Shown one piece after another: positions 22,122 to 32,333 of a DNA stretch of 64,000 nucleotides. The stretch covers positions 64,001 to 128,000 of the forward strand of contig CAVYBH010000017.1 of assembly GCA_963766715.1 (NCBI GenBank), given 5' to 3'. Every line of letters starts with the position of its first letter. The stretch's first letter is position 1. The stretch is from an uncultured delta proteobacterium. Its GTDB lineage: Bacteria; Myxococcota; Myxococcia; Myxococcales; Anaeromyxobacteraceae. A program made the position numbers and the translations under genes. The notes beneath the pieces were generated by a model. The model ran no database searches and had not been told where the DNA came from. It saw nothing but the letters and a program-made list of their open reading frames with translations.

Positions 22122-23279
22122 TCTCCGAGAAGCCACGTCTCCACCCTCTCCCCTTCCGGCACGTCGCCGGCCCCCTCGCCGATGCGGACGAGCGCCTGCG
22201 CGAGCGCGGGGCCCCGCACCTGGGCGGCGTCCCGTCCGATGGGGCGCACCCGGCCGTCCGGCAGGAGGGAAGCCCAGAGGAAGCGCGCCCGCCCCGGGCG
22301 CCCCTCGCACCCCTCGGCGAGCGGGAGCCAGGCCACCGGCCGGAAGATCCGGGTCGCCCCGGCCAGCCGGAGGATGGCGGGCCGGGCGAAGACCTCGAAC
22401 GACGACCAGGCAGGCCGAGGGACTTCCGGGGAGGCCGAAGACGGGCTTCCCTCCCAGGAAGGCGAACAGGAACGGCTTGCCCGGCTTCATGGGGACGCCG
22501 TGCACGCGCACGTCCGCTCCCAGGTCCTGGAGCGCGCCCGCCACCAGGTCCTTCTGCCCCACCGAGACTCCACCGATGGTGACCACGGCGTCGGCGCCGG
22601 CCGCCGCGTCCGCGAGCGCGGCCCGGATCTCCGCGGCGTCGTCGGCCACCGCCCCCCGCCGGACCGCGACGCCGGCCTCGAGGAGGAGGCCGGCCAGCGC
22701 AGCGCCGTTCGAGTCGGCGGTTCGCCCGCGGAGCACCTCGTCGCCGGTGGAGAGGAGCGCGATGCGCGGCCGCCTGTGGACCTCCAGGTCCCGGCAGCCC
22801 ACCGCCTCGAGAAGCGCCCGCTGGCGGGGTCCGATCCTCACGCCGGCGGGGAGCGCCTCCCCTCCCTCGGGCACGTCCTCGCCCGCGAGGCGGACGTTCT
22901 CTCCCCGGCGCGTCGCGTGCCGGAAGAACACGCGATCGCCCCGCACCTCGGTCGACTCCTCCCGCACCACGGCGTCCGCCCCGGACGGAAGCGGCGCGCC
23001 GGTGAAGATCCGGACCGCCTCGCCGGCCCGGATGGCGGGGCCCGGGTCGTCGCCGGCGAAGACCGTCCGTCCCACGACGAGCTCGCCTGGACCAGGCAGG
23101 TCGGCCTGACGCACCGCGTAACCATCCATCGCCGAGCAATCGAAAGGGGGTGCGGCCCGGGTGGCCAGGGCCGGCCGCGCCAGCACGCGCGACGCAGCCT
23201 GCCCGACGACGATCGCCTCCGCTTCGAGCGGATTGATCGCTTCGATCACTTTGAGTCGAAAGGGCTCGAGCCGGTCCAC
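22118..23279 (-). CDS. moeA: Molybdopterin molybdotransferase (frameshift near 22400)
   Basis: SAMDGYA, RIFTGAPLP.GAD, STGDE, GGVSVG, MKPGKP, LPG.P. Confidence 0.93.
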
Positions 23280-23322
23280 GTGCGGATGATGCCATCGCGG
23301 GCCTGCCGGTGTCTGGCGATTT

Positions 23323-23412
23323 CCGCAACCCTTGCGCAGGTCGGGACTTGATCCGGGGCAATGCGCAGAGTCTGCGGCAAAACCCCGGAAAAACCCGGGC
23401 CTAACTCGTGCA
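23323..23412 (+). promoter_or_regulatory. Composite promoter of the fnr-like gene: two CGCA-N5-TGCG sites, an FNR-like box and a sigma54 box
   Basis: CCGCAACCCTTGCGC 23323-37; TTGATCCGGGGCAA 23348-61; GCGCAGAGTCTGCGG 23363-77; GG-N10-GC at 23398-23411. Confidence 0.7.
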
Positions 23413-23444
23413 TCTAGACGGAGGTCAATCGAGGAGACACCCAA

Positions 23445-24101
23445 ATGATCACGACTGCGCCGGTCACCGACTGTACGTCCTGTTCCCTGGGCATCGCCTC
23501 GGGTGGACGCTGCCGATTCACCCCGTCGACCCGCGAGGCCGGCGCGAGCCTGTGCGCCCAGGGTGAACGTCCGCGGACCGTGTACTTCGTGAAGGAAGGG
23601 TTCGTCGCCCTCTCCGCGGTGAGCCCCAAGGGCTCCGAGCTGGTCCTCACGCTCCGCGGCCCGACCTCCCTGCTCTGCACCGAGGCGATGAGCAACGAGC
23701 CCTCCGCCTACGAGGTTCGCGCCCTCTCGCGCGTGAAGCTCTGCGGCATCGCCGGGGACGCGATGACGCAGTGGGTGGGACCGGAGCGGAGCCCCGGCCG
23801 CGTGGTCCTCGACCTCATGCTCGCCGAGTCGCGCATGGCGCGCGACGAGGTGAACTTCCGCCAGGGCGACTGCATGTCCCGGGTGGCGCGGTTCGCCCTC
23901 GCCCACGCCAAGTTCCTCGCCGATCGCCCCAACGCCGTGCGCAAGCAGGTGGTGGCGAGGCTGCTCGGCATGCGCCCCGAGACCCTCTCCCGCTGCCTGA
24001 CCCGCCTGGAGCAGGACGGCGTGCTCGACGCGTCGCGGGGCGTGAAGGTGATCGACCAGCGCCGGCTCGCCGCCATCGCCATGGAGGACGTGGCCGCCTG
24101 A
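23445..24101 (+). CDS. FNR-like Crp/Fnr transcriptional regulator
   Basis: N-terminal CX2CX9C, internal VKLCGI (similar to the E. coli FNR C122 region), HTH with ETLSR. Confidence 0.85.
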   Translation: MITTAPVTDCTSCSLGIASGGRCRFTPSTREAGASLCAQGERPRTVYFVKEGFVALSAVSPKGSELVLTLRGPTSLLCTEAMSNEPSAYEVRALSRVKLCGIAGDAMTQWVGPERSPGRVVLDLMLAESRMARDEVNFRQGDCMSRVARFALAHAKFLADRPNAVRKQVVARLLGMRPETLSRCLTRLEQDGVLDASRGVKVIDQRRLAAIAMEDVAA

Positions 24102-24119
24102 TCGCGGTATGATCCCGTC

Positions 24120-24306
24120 ATGCTCGGACTCGGATTCGGCGAGCTGCTCCTCATCGCCGTCGTGGTGCTCCTGATCTTCGGCGCGAACAAGCTGCCCCAG
24201 CTCGGCCAGGGGCTGGGCGAAAGCGTGAAGAGCTTCCGCAAGGCCTTCAAGGAGGTGCGCAGCGACGGCACCTCCGGCAAGCCGCCGGCGCCTCCCCGCC
24301 GCGTAG
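24120..24306 (+). CDS. tatA: Twin-arginine translocase subunit TatA (probable extra C just before the stop)
   Basis: GFGELLLIAVVVLLIFGANKLPQLGQGLGESVKSFRKA. Confidence 0.88.
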
Positions 24307-24316
24307 GGCGCTCGCC

Positions 24317-25429
24317 TCAGCGTCCGGCCATCAACCGCCCCACCCACTCGGTGAACCGGGCCACGAGCCGGCCGAAGGCGTCGGCGATCCGGCGCACCCA
24401 GCCGCCGCGCAGGGCTTCCTCGCGCGGCACCAGCCGAGCGAGCGCGGCGCGCCCCTCGAACCAGCGCAGGGCCGCTCCCGCGGTGACGGGGTCGTCGATC
24501 TCCACCATCGACTCCAGGTTGGCGAGCGAGTACGGGTCGAGATTGAAGCTGCCGACGAGGACCTTCTCCCGGTCCACGATGGCCACCTTGGCGTGGTGCA
24601 CCGACCGGGTCCACTCCCGGATCTCCACGCCCGACTCGACGAGCTTCCGGTAGAGCCGCCTGGTGCCCGCTCGGATGATGGGAATGTCGCTGCGTCCCGC
24701 CAGCAGGAGCGTGACCTTCACGCCGCGCCGGGCGGCGGCCGTGATCGACCGGACGAAGCGGCGGTCGGGAAGGAAGTAGGAGTGCGCGGCCAGGATCTCG
24801 GAGCGGGCCCCACCGAAGGACCGGCGGTAGATGTTTCGCAGGCGCCCTCCCCCGCCGACGCCGGACAGGTGGATCTGGACCGGACCCGGGGGACGGGGCG
24901 GGCGCTCTCCTCGGAGCCTGGCCTCGAGCCACGCCGCAGCGGGGCCGCGGATCTCGACGGCGAGGTCCATCCAGTCGGGCGCCTCGTCCGCCAGGTCGGG
25001 CGCACGTCCCGGCCCGATCTGCCCGTACTCGTCGGCGATGTTGATCCCGCCGAGGAAGGCCACCTCTCCGTCCACGAGGAGGATCTTCCGGTGGTTGCGA
25101 CGGAAGCGTCCGGTGAAGAGCGCGGAGAGCGGATGGTAGATGATGACCTCCGCCCCGTCCGGCTCCAGCATCGACTGCAGCCAGCGCCCGTCGAGCGCCG
25201 AGCCCCACCCGTCGAGGATCACGCGGACCCGGACGCCCCGGAGAGCGGCCTCGGAGAGGGCGCGGCGGAACGCGTCACCCACGCCCTCCCGGTCGAGGTG
25301 GTAGACCTCGAGGTGGACCGACTGCCGCGCGGCGCGAATGGCCCGCAACATTCGCGGGAAGGCCTCGCGTCCTCCGTCGAGGAGCGTGACCGACTCTCCC
25401 GCCAGAACCCTCGCGGCGCTGCGTTCCAT
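24317..25429 (-). CDS. clsB: Cardiolipin synthase, ClsB-like phospholipase D
   Basis: Two HKD motifs (HRKILLVD, HAKVAIVD), GGINI, GSFNLD, no N-terminal TM segment. Confidence 0.85.
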   Translation of the reverse strand: MERSAARVLAGESVTLLDGGREAFPRMLRAIRAARQSVHLEVYHLDREGVGDAFRRALSEAALRGVRVRVILDGWGSALDGRWLQSMLEPDGAEVIIYHPLSALFTGRFRRNHRKILLVDGEVAFLGGINIADEYGQIGPGRAPDLADEAPDWMDLAVEIRGPAAAWLEARLRGERPPRPPGPVQIHLSGVGGGGRLRNIYRRSFGGARSEILAAHSYFLPDRRFVRSITAAARRGVKVTLLLAGRSDIPIIRAGTRRLYRKLVESGVEIREWTRSVHHAKVAIVDREKVLVGSFNLDPYSLANLESMVEIDDPVTAGAALRWFEGRAALARLVPREEALRGGWVRRIADAFGRLVARFTEWVGRLMAGR

Positions 25430-25572
25430 CCACTTTAGGTTACTCCTTCGCGGGAGCCCGCCGCGCTCCCATCGAGGGCGCACCCTCCCCGCCCCGGGGG
25501 CGCACGGGGGGCCCGGAATGGGTCGCTCCTCGCTCCGGGGTGCGGGCGTACAATGATCGACGGGGGTGAGCC

Positions 25573-25995
25573 ATGAAGCGGATCCTGGTGGCCATCGACG
25601 GGTCGGGGCCTTCGACCCGCGGAGCGCGGCTGGCGGCGGACATCGCGGTCCGGTTCGGCGCCCGTCTCACCCTCGCCTACGTGGTGCCCCGGCTGCTGCT
25701 CCCGCCCGACGTCTACGGCCTCACCGTCGAGGAGGTCGAGCGGGAGCAACGGGCCCATGCGGAGAAGGTCCTCCACACCGCGCTCGCCGAGCTCGGCGGA
25801 ACCGGCGTCGAGATCGACACGAAGGTGATGTCGGGGCCACCTGCCGAGACCCTCGCCGAGGCCGCCGGGCAGGCGGACGTCGACCTGGTGGTGGCCGGAA
25901 GCCGTGGCCAGGGCGCCGTGGCGCGCGCGCTCCTCGGGAGCGTCTCGGACCGCCTCGTCCACCTCTGCCCGAAGCCCATCCTCGTCGTCCACTGA
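25573..25995 (+). CDS. Universal stress protein
   Basis: KRILVAIDGS, DLVVAGSRG, LLGSVS, PILVVH. Confidence 0.95.
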   Translation: MKRILVAIDGSGPSTRGARLAADIAVRFGARLTLAYVVPRLLLPPDVYGLTVEEVEREQRAHAEKVLHTALAELGGTGVEIDTKVMSGPPAETLAEAAGQADVDLVVAGSRGQGAVARALLGSVSDRLVHLCPKPILVVH

Positions 25996-26055
25996 CGACG
26001 CCGGCGGCTGGCGCGCTTGATCCCTGACCCGGGGGGGCCTAGATCTGCCGCCTCC

Positions 26056-27195
26056 ATGGGCGAGTCCCTCCTCGACGAGCTGAAGCGGTACGTGGGCTTC
26101 GGGCCGGCCCACGAGGCGGCCCTCCGCGAGCTCTGCACCGTGGCCTCCCCCCACTTCCCCGCGATCGCCGACACGTTCTACGCGCGCATCCTCGACCACG
26201 CCGAGGCGCGCCGGGCGCTCACGGGCGGCGAGAGCCGCGTCGGCCACCTCAAGGTGACGCTGGTGCGCTGGATGGGCGAGTCGCTGGGCGGCCCCTGGGA
26301 CGAGGCCTGGTGGGAGTCGCACTGCCGCATCGGACGCGTCCACGTCCGCATCGACCTGCCCCAGCACTACATGTTCGGGGCCATGAACGTGATCCGGGAG
26401 GAGCTCGACCGCGTGATCGAGCGGACCTGGCCCGGCGACGAGCCGCGGTGCGCGCGGGCGCGGGGCGCCCTCGGGAAGGTGCTGGATCTGGAGCTGGCCA
26501 TCATGCTCCACACCTATCGCGAGGACCTGCTCGCCAAGGCCTCCCGCTCGGAGCGGCTCGCCACGTTCGGGCAGCTGGTCGGCTCGATCGGCCACGAGCT
26601 GCGCAACCCGCTCGGCGTGATCGAGAGCTCCCTCTTCCTCCTGCGGGGCCGGGTGAACGACGACGAGCGCGTGAAGAAGCACCTCGATCGCATCGGCGAT
26701 CAGGTCCGCCTCTCCAGCGACATCATCTCCGGCCTCCTCGACATGGTCCGCGACCGGCCGCTGCCGGTGGACCGCGTCGCCCTGTCCGCGCTGGCAGGCG
26801 CCGCGGCGGAATCGGTTCCGCGCCCCGAGGGGGTGAGCCTGACCGTCGACGCCACCGGAGGGCTCGAGGTGCTCGGCGACGCCACCCAGCTCCGGCAGGC
26901 CCTCGTGAACCTCGTCCTGAACGCGGTCCAGGCCGTTTCGCCGCGCGGCGACGTCCGGGTGGCGGCGCGGCGGGAGGCTGCGGTGGTCGTCGTCGACGTC
27001 GAGGACACCGGCCCCGGCGTGGCCGAGTCGGTGCGCGACAGGCTCTTCGAGCCGCTCATCACCACCAAGGACCACGGGAGCGGCCTCGGCCTCGCGCTGG
27101 TGAAGCGCGTGGCCGAGCGGCACGGCGGCTCCGTGGGCCACGAGCCCCGCCCCGGCGGCGGCGCCCGCTTCTCCCTCCGCCTCCCGGCCGCCTGA
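26056..27195 (+). CDS. Protoglobin-coupled histidine kinase (NmpU-like)
   Basis: Globin region ([20 protein letters not shown]), HELRNPL, NAVQA, DTGPG, GSGLGL. Confidence 0.88.
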   Translation: MGESLLDELKRYVGFGPAHEAALRELCTVASPHFPAIADTFYARILDHAEARRALTGGESRVGHLKVTLVRWMGESLGGPWDEAWWESHCRIGRVHVRIDLPQHYMFGAMNVIREELDRVIERTWPGDEPRCARARGALGKVLDLELAIMLHTYREDLLAKASRSERLATFGQLVGSIGHELRNPLGVIESSLFLLRGRVNDDERVKKHLDRIGDQVRLSSDIISGLLDMVRDRPLPVDRVALSALAGAAAESVPRPEGVSLTVDATGGLEVLGDATQLRQALVNLVLNAVQAVSPRGDVRVAARREAAVVVVDVEDTGPGVAESVRDRLFEPLITTKDHGSGLGLALVKRVAERHGGSVGHEPRPGGGARFSLRLPAA

Positions 27196-27200
27196 CCGCC

Positions 27201-27908
27201 ATGCGCCGCTACCTCTTCGTCGACGACAACCGGGAGTTCGCCGAGAACCTCGTCGAGATCGTGGGGGACTGCGGCGCCGATTGCGAGATGGCCGGCGGCG
27301 GCGCCGAGGCCATCGAGAAGGTGCGGCGGACGCGATTCGACGCCATCGTCACCGACATGCGCATGCCCGGCATGGGGGGCGCCGCCGTGGTCCACGAGGT
27401 CCGGCGCGTCGACCCGGGACTGCCCGCGGTGGTGCTGACCGCCCACGCCGGCGACGCCGACCTGGATTCGGCCCGCCGGGAAGGGCTCCTCGCCGTGCTC
27501 GCCAAGCCGGCGCCCATCGAGCGCCTGCTCGCGCTGCTCGGGGCGGCCCGGCGGGACGGGCTGCTCGCGGTGCTCGAGGACGACGCCTCGCTGCTCGACA
27601 ACCTCACCGAGGCGCTCCGGCAGCGAGGCTTCGCCGCCGTGACGGCCTCGTCGGTGCTCGACACCGAGAGGCTCGGCCCCGTCCGTCCGTTCGCCGCACT
27701 GGTCGACCTGCGCCTGCCGGGAGGGCCGGACGGCGAGGCGGTCCGCCGCCTCGAGGCCCGCTTCCCCGGGATCCCGCTCCTGGCGGTCACCGCCCATCCC
27801 TCCACGGCGCCGGCCCACTGCCGGGCCCTCTTCCAGAAGCCCTTCGACACCGCGGCGCTCCTCGCGGCCGTGGAGCGGCTCCACGAGGAAAGGATCCACT
27901 CTCCGTGA
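27201..27908 (+). CDS. Double receiver-domain protein (NmpT-like)
   Basis: VDDN..TDMRMP..KP and LEDD..VDLRLP..KPF. Confidence 0.88.
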   Translation: MRRYLFVDDNREFAENLVEIVGDCGADCEMAGGGAEAIEKVRRTRFDAIVTDMRMPGMGGAAVVHEVRRVDPGLPAVVLTAHAGDADLDSARREGLLAVLAKPAPIERLLALLGAARRDGLLAVLEDDASLLDNLTEALRQRGFAAVTASSVLDTERLGPVRPFAALVDLRLPGGPDGEAVRRLEARFPGIPLLAVTAHPSTAPAHCRALFQKPFDTAALLAAVERLHEERIHSP

Positions 27909-29011
27909 TTCCACATGCTCCCGCCCGCCGTCCCCGCGTCCTGGTGGTGGACGACAACGCGGCGCTGGCCGAGAACCTGCGCGACATCCTCCAGGAGGCC
28001 GGCTTCGCGGTCCGGGCGGCCGGCACCTGCGCCGAGGCCCACCTGGTCGCCCGCGCCGGCTTCGACGTGGCGCTCGTCGATCTCGGCCTGCCCGACGGCA
28101 ACGGAACCGAGCTGGCGCAGGAGCTGAAGGACGCGTCGCCGGACAGCGAGGTGGTGCTCCTCACCGGCCACGCCACCATGGAGTCGGCGCTCGACGCGGT
28201 CCGGGCCGGCGCCTGCGCCTACCTCCAGAAGCCGGTCAACCCGCCCGAGCTCCTCATGACGCTCGAGACGGCGATGCGCCACGTCCGGCTCCATTCGGAG
28301 AAGCGCGAGCTGGCGCGGCGCGCCGCCATGGCCGAGAAGCTCGCGGCGGTCGGCACCATGACCGCGGGGCTCTCGCACGAGATCCGCAACCCGCTGAACG
28401 CCGCGGCGCTGCAGCTCGTGGTGCTGGAGCGCCGGGTCGGGAAGCTCCCGGCGTCGGAGCAGGGACCGCTGCTGGCCCCGCTCCACCTGGTCCGGGACGA
28501 GATCCGCCGCCTCGACCACATCCTCGAGGACTTCCTGCAGTTCGCGCGTCCCCGGGAGTTCTACCCGAAGCCGGTGGAGGTGCTCCCCGTCCTCGACCGG
28601 GTCCTCACGCTGCTCGGCGGGCCGGCGGAGAAGCGGCACGTCCAGGTGATCCGCGACTTCGAGGTGGTCCCCCCGGTGGCCGGCGACGAGGAGCGGCTGC
28701 AGCAGGTGGTCATGAACCTGGGGCTCAACGCCATCGACGCGGTCCCCGACGGCTCCTGGGTCCGGGTCTCCTGCCGCATCGGGGAGGATCCCGAGCAGGT
28801 GGAGATCCTCATCGACGACGCCGGCCGGGGCGTCCCGGTGGAGATCCGGGAGCGGATCTTCGAGCCCTTCTTCACCACCAAGGCGGAGGGCTCGGGGCTC
28901 GGGCTGCCCATCGTCCACGCCATCGTGACCCAGCACGGCGGGACCATCACGGTGGAGGACGCGCCGGAGGGAGGCGCGCGCTTCGCGCTGCGGATCCCGC
29001 GGGCCCGCTGA
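27905..29011 (+). CDS. Receiver-histidine kinase hybrid (NmpS-like)
   Basis: VLVVDDN, DLGLPD, HEIRNPL, NAIDA, FFTTK, GSGLGL. Confidence 0.9.
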   Translation: MIPHAPARRPRVLVVDDNAALAENLRDILQEAGFAVRAAGTCAEAHLVARAGFDVALVDLGLPDGNGTELAQELKDASPDSEVVLLTGHATMESALDAVRAGACAYLQKPVNPPELLMTLETAMRHVRLHSEKRELARRAAMAEKLAAVGTMTAGLSHEIRNPLNAAALQLVVLERRVGKLPASEQGPLLAPLHLVRDEIRRLDHILEDFLQFARPREFYPKPVEVLPVLDRVLTLLGGPAEKRHVQVIRDFEVVPPVAGDEERLQQVVMNLGLNAIDAVPDGSWVRVSCRIGEDPEQVEILIDDAGRGVPVEIRERIFEPFFTTKAEGSGLGLPIVHAIVTQHGGTITVEDAPEGGARFALRIPRAR

Positions 29012-29032
29012 GGCCTCGCGAGCCCCGCCCCG

Positions 29033-30484
29033 TCAGGAGCCGGTGGGCTCCTCGGAGAGGTCGTCGCCGCCGCGGTCCCCGGTGATCCCGGAGGCGTACT
29101 CCTTCAGGCGGTACTGGATCTTCCGCACGCTGATGCCGAGGATCTCGGCCGCGCGGGAGGTCGATCCTCCCACCATCTCGAGCGTCCGGAGGATGGCCTC
29201 GCGCTCGATCTCGTAGAGGGTCGCGCCGGGGATGAGTGCACCCGGGGTGCGTTCCCGCGGGCGAGGGCCGCGCAGCGTGGGCGGCAGGTCGTCGGCCGTC
29301 AGCTCGAGCCCCTTGGCGAGCACGACCGCGCGCTCCACCACGTTCTCCAGCTCGCGGACGTTCCCCGGCCAGTCGTGCGCCAGGAGCGCGTTCAGCGTCC
29401 CGGGCGCCAGCCCGCGGATCTCCTTGGCGTACGCCTTGCCGTACTTCTCGACGAAGTGGCTGACCAGCGCCGGGATGTCCCCCTTGCGCTGCCGGAGCGG
29501 CGGCAGCGTCACCGCCACGACGTTGAGCCGGTAGTAGAGGTCCTCGCGGAACTTGCCGCCCTTCACCTCGGCGGCCAGGTCCCGGTTGGTGGCGGCCACG
29601 AGCCGCACGTCGACCTTGATGGTCGAGACCCCGCCCACCCGCTCGAACTCCTTCTGCTGGAGGACGCGCAGGAGCTTGATCTGCAGGGCGGGAGAGATGT
29701 CGCCGATCTCGTCGAGGAAGAGGGTTCCCCCGTCGGCCAGCTCGAAGCGCCCTTCCTTGCGGCCGATGGCGCCGGTGAAGGAGCCCTTCTCGTGGCCGAA
29801 GAGCTCGCTCTCCAGCAGGGTCTCGGAGAGGGCCGCGCAGTTCACCTTGATGAAGGGGCGATCGCGCCGGGGCGACTCCTCGTGGAGGGCCTGGGCGATG
29901 AGCTCCTTGCCGGTTCCCGATTCGCCCAGGATGAGGACGGTGGCCCGCGTGGGTGCGGCCCGCTTCACCACCTCGTAGACGGCCTGGAGCTCCGGGGCGT
30001 CGCCGACGATGTTGTGGAAGCGGTAGCGCTCGCGCACCCGCTCGCGGAGGTTCTGCGTGTCCCGCTGCAGGCGCAGCTTCTCCAGCGCCTTCTCGAGGAC
30101 CACCAGCACGGCGTTCACGTCGAGCGGCTTGACCAGGTAGTTCTCGGCCCCGGCGCGCATGGCCTCGACGGCCGCCTCGACGCTGGCGAAGGCCGTCATC
30201 ATCACGAAGACGGCGTCCGAGCCCTGCTCCCGCGCCTTCTTCAGGAGCGTGATGCCGTCCATCTTGGGCATCCGCACGTCGGCCAGCACCGCGGCGGGCG
30301 CGAAGGACTGCATGAGCTGGAGGGCGTCCTCGCCATCGGCCGCCTCCACGAGCTCGTAGCCCTCCTCGGTGAGGATGTCCCGAAGGGCCTGGCGCGCGTT
30401 TCCTTCGTCGTCGACGACGAGGATGCGCTCCTTGGCTCCCCGAAGTGCGTTCTTGCTCACCGTCATGTATTCGACCGCCTCCAT
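29033..30484 (-). CDS. Sigma54-dependent NtrC-family response regulator (NmpR-like)
   Basis: REC domain, [29 protein letters not shown], Fis-type HTH. Confidence 0.95.
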   Translation of the reverse strand: MEAVEYMTVSKNALRGAKERILVVDDEGNARQALRDILTEEGYELVEAADGEDALQLMQSFAPAAVLADVRMPKMDGITLLKKAREQGSDAVFVMMTAFASVEAAVEAMRAGAENYLVKPLDVNAVLVVLEKALEKLRLQRDTQNLRERVRERYRFHNIVGDAPELQAVYEVVKRAAPTRATVLILGESGTGKELIAQALHEESPRRDRPFIKVNCAALSETLLESELFGHEKGSFTGAIGRKEGRFELADGGTLFLDEIGDISPALQIKLLRVLQQKEFERVGGVSTIKVDVRLVAATNRDLAAEVKGGKFREDLYYRLNVVAVTLPPLRQRKGDIPALVSHFVEKYGKAYAKEIRGLAPGTLNALLAHDWPGNVRELENVVERAVVLAKGLELTADDLPPTLRGPRPRERTPGALIPGATLYEIEREAILRTLEMVGGSTSRAAEILGISVRKIQYRLKEYASGITGDRGGDDLSEEPTGS

Positions 30485-30498
30485 GTCCCCGCCCGGCA

Positions 30499-30541
30499 GC
30501 GCAAGGGCTGCGGAGGGCCGCATGTTATGCACGCTTTGCGC
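30499..30541. promoter_or_regulatory. Cluster of GCA-N5-TGC palindromes upstream of the NtrC-family gene
   Basis: GCGCAAGGGCTGCGG 30499-513; CCGCATGTTATGCAC 30518-32; ATGCACGCTTTGCGC 30527-41. Confidence 0.55.
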
Positions 30542-30661
30542 GCTGCGGTCCACCCCCAATACAACGCAAACACCCAAGTTGACGACGTTCTTCCCGGAAA
30601 ACAGGAGGAGGTGTCAGGACGAAAGCGTTGCGGTGGAGACGCCCCGAACCGGGGTGTGAGA

Positions 30662-31326
30662 TCAGGCGTTTCCGCCCAGTTCCTTCAACCGCCCGACCCT
30701 GTCGTAGGGGCGCCAGCGAAAGGTCGCGCCGAGAGCGAGCGCCTCGCGACGGCAGGCCTCCTCGTCGAGCCCGGGCATTCCCACGAAGCTCGCCTGGACC
30801 TCGGGGACGATGGCGCACCGCGGCACGGATGAAGGCGCGGGCCGCCTCCCAGGCGGCTCCCCCGTGCTGGTTGGGACAGAATCTTCGCGTAGGTCTCCGG
30901 GTCCGCGGCGTTCAGCGAGACGACGACTGCGCCTACACCCGCGGCAGCCAGCTCGGGAGTGACGTCGCGCCCCTCCCGGAGGTTGGCGAGTCCGTCGGTG
31001 TCGATGCGAACGCGACGGACGCCTCCCCGGACGAGGCGTCTCGCCACCTCGAGGAGGACGCCGAGACGGCGAGTGGGCTCGCCGAGCCCGGTGAAGACCA
31101 CTTCGGGTCGCCCCTGGATCCCGGCACGCTCCACCTGGGCCCACACCTCGTCCGCCGACGGGGCGCGCCCGAGCTGGAGGTCGTACCCACCCACCACCCA
31201 GTCGCCGTCCCGGATCTTGGGACAGAAGACGCAGGCGAGCGTGCAGGCCGAGGTCAGGTTCAGGTACAGGGCGTCGCCGAGCGCGTAGGCGTACACCGGT
31301 TCCTGCAGAGCGTGCGTCGAGGACAC
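30662..31326 (-). CDS. TatD-family-associated radical SAM protein (frameshifts near 30880 and 30815)
   Basis: LYLNLTSACTLACVFC (CX3CX2C), EVVFTGLGEP, VRIDTDG, VSLNA, FRWRPY. Confidence 0.82.
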
Positions 31327-31335
31327 CCCTGGGAC

Positions 31336-31644
31336 TTAATCGTCGCCGGGTCGATGGCCACTGCACCCGAGGCAGAACCTCGCCTCCGGGATGGCGCGAA
31401 GCCGCTGCAACCCGAGCGGGCCGCCGCAGGAGGCGCACGTGCCGTAGCTGCCCTCGGCGATCCGGCCCAGGGCCGCATCGACCTCGGCGAGCTCCCGCGC
31501 GAGCTTGTCGGCGAGCAAGCCCTCGGGCATCTCGTAGTCGGGAAGGAAGGGCCCACCCACGTCATGGGGCACGAGCTGCGAACGACGCAGTGCGTTCCGC
31601 CGGTTGAGGAGGAGGGACCTCGCTTCGCTTTCGATACGGCTCAT
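31336..31644 (-). CDS. TraR/DksA C4 zinc-finger protein
   Basis: AALGRIAEGSYGTCASCG...RLRAIPEARFCLGC. Confidence 0.88.
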   Translation of the reverse strand: MSRIESEARSLLLNRRNALRRSQLVPHDVGGPFLPDYEMPEGLLADKLARELAEVDAALGRIAEGSYGTCASCGGPLGLQRLRAIPEARFCLGCSGHRPGDD

Positions 31645-31689
31645 GTGGAGGACGGACTCCGCTGCGCCTCCGGGCGCAGGGCGTTCCTT

Positions 31690-31783
31690 TTCACGGGGCG
31701 TGCCGAGCGGGAAAGGCCGTGAAATCGGGGAATTCCGTTCGCACCGCTTGCGCCCACGCCGGGACCGAACGCATCCCTTGCGC
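31690..31783 (-). promoter_or_regulatory. Sigma54-like promoter with two upstream CGCA-N5-TGCG sites
   Basis: Minus-strand CGGCACGCCCCGTGAA 31705-31690; TCGCACCGCTTGCGC 31739-53; ACGCATCCCTTGCGC 31769-83. Confidence 0.65.
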
Positions 31784-31822
31784 GCGCGCCGCGAACCGCC
31801 CTCCCCGCCCCCGACCTCGACG

Positions 31823-32248
31823 CTAGTCGGTGTCGGACTCCTCGACACCCTTCCGGTGCCGGCGGAGCACGCTCACGAGCGCCTTCAGCGCGTCGGTGGT
31901 CGTGAAGATGCCGATGACGGTCGCCTGCTCGACCACCAGGGCCGAGCCGTGCTTCTGGGTCGCCATGGCCTCGGCGACCTCCTCGAGCGTGGCCTCCGGC
32001 GCCACCACGTACGGGTCGGAGCTCATCGCCTCCTCGACCAGCTCGCGGGCGGCATCCACGCCGCGGAGCGTCTCGAGCAGGTAGAGGTCGCGCTGGGACA
32101 CGACTCCCTTCAGGTGGCCGTCGTCGACCACCGGCAGGTGCCGGACTCCCCTCTCCCTCATCGTCTGGTGCGCCTCGGCCAGCGTGTGCCGGCTCGTGAT
32201 CACGTGCGGGCCCACCGTCATGAAGCGCCGGATCGCGTAGCGGGGCAT
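31823..32248 (-). CDS. CBS-domain protein
   Basis: FMT, VRHLPVVD...GVVSQRD, GSALVV...IGIFTTTD. Confidence 0.92.
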   Translation of the reverse strand: MPRYAIRRFMTVGPHVITSRHTLAEAHQTMRERGVRHLPVVDDGHLKGVVSQRDLYLLETLRGVDAARELVEEAMSSDPYVVAPEATLEEVAEAMATQKHGSALVVEQATVIGIFTTTDALKALVSVLRRHRKGVEESDTD

Positions 32249-32333
32249 CGGTTCCTCCGTTGGCTTCGAGCACAGACTAACTCCGGAACGCGCGGTTGTC
32301 TCGGACCTCCGGCTGGGTTAGCTTCCGCGCACC

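Noticed and set aside
24120..24653. Extended 177-aa TatA
   Set aside because: Runs antisense into clsB; one extra C explains the missed TAG at 24304
29770..29787. GSFTGA instead of GAFTGA in the activator
   Set aside because: A common variant; not evidence of sigma54 independence
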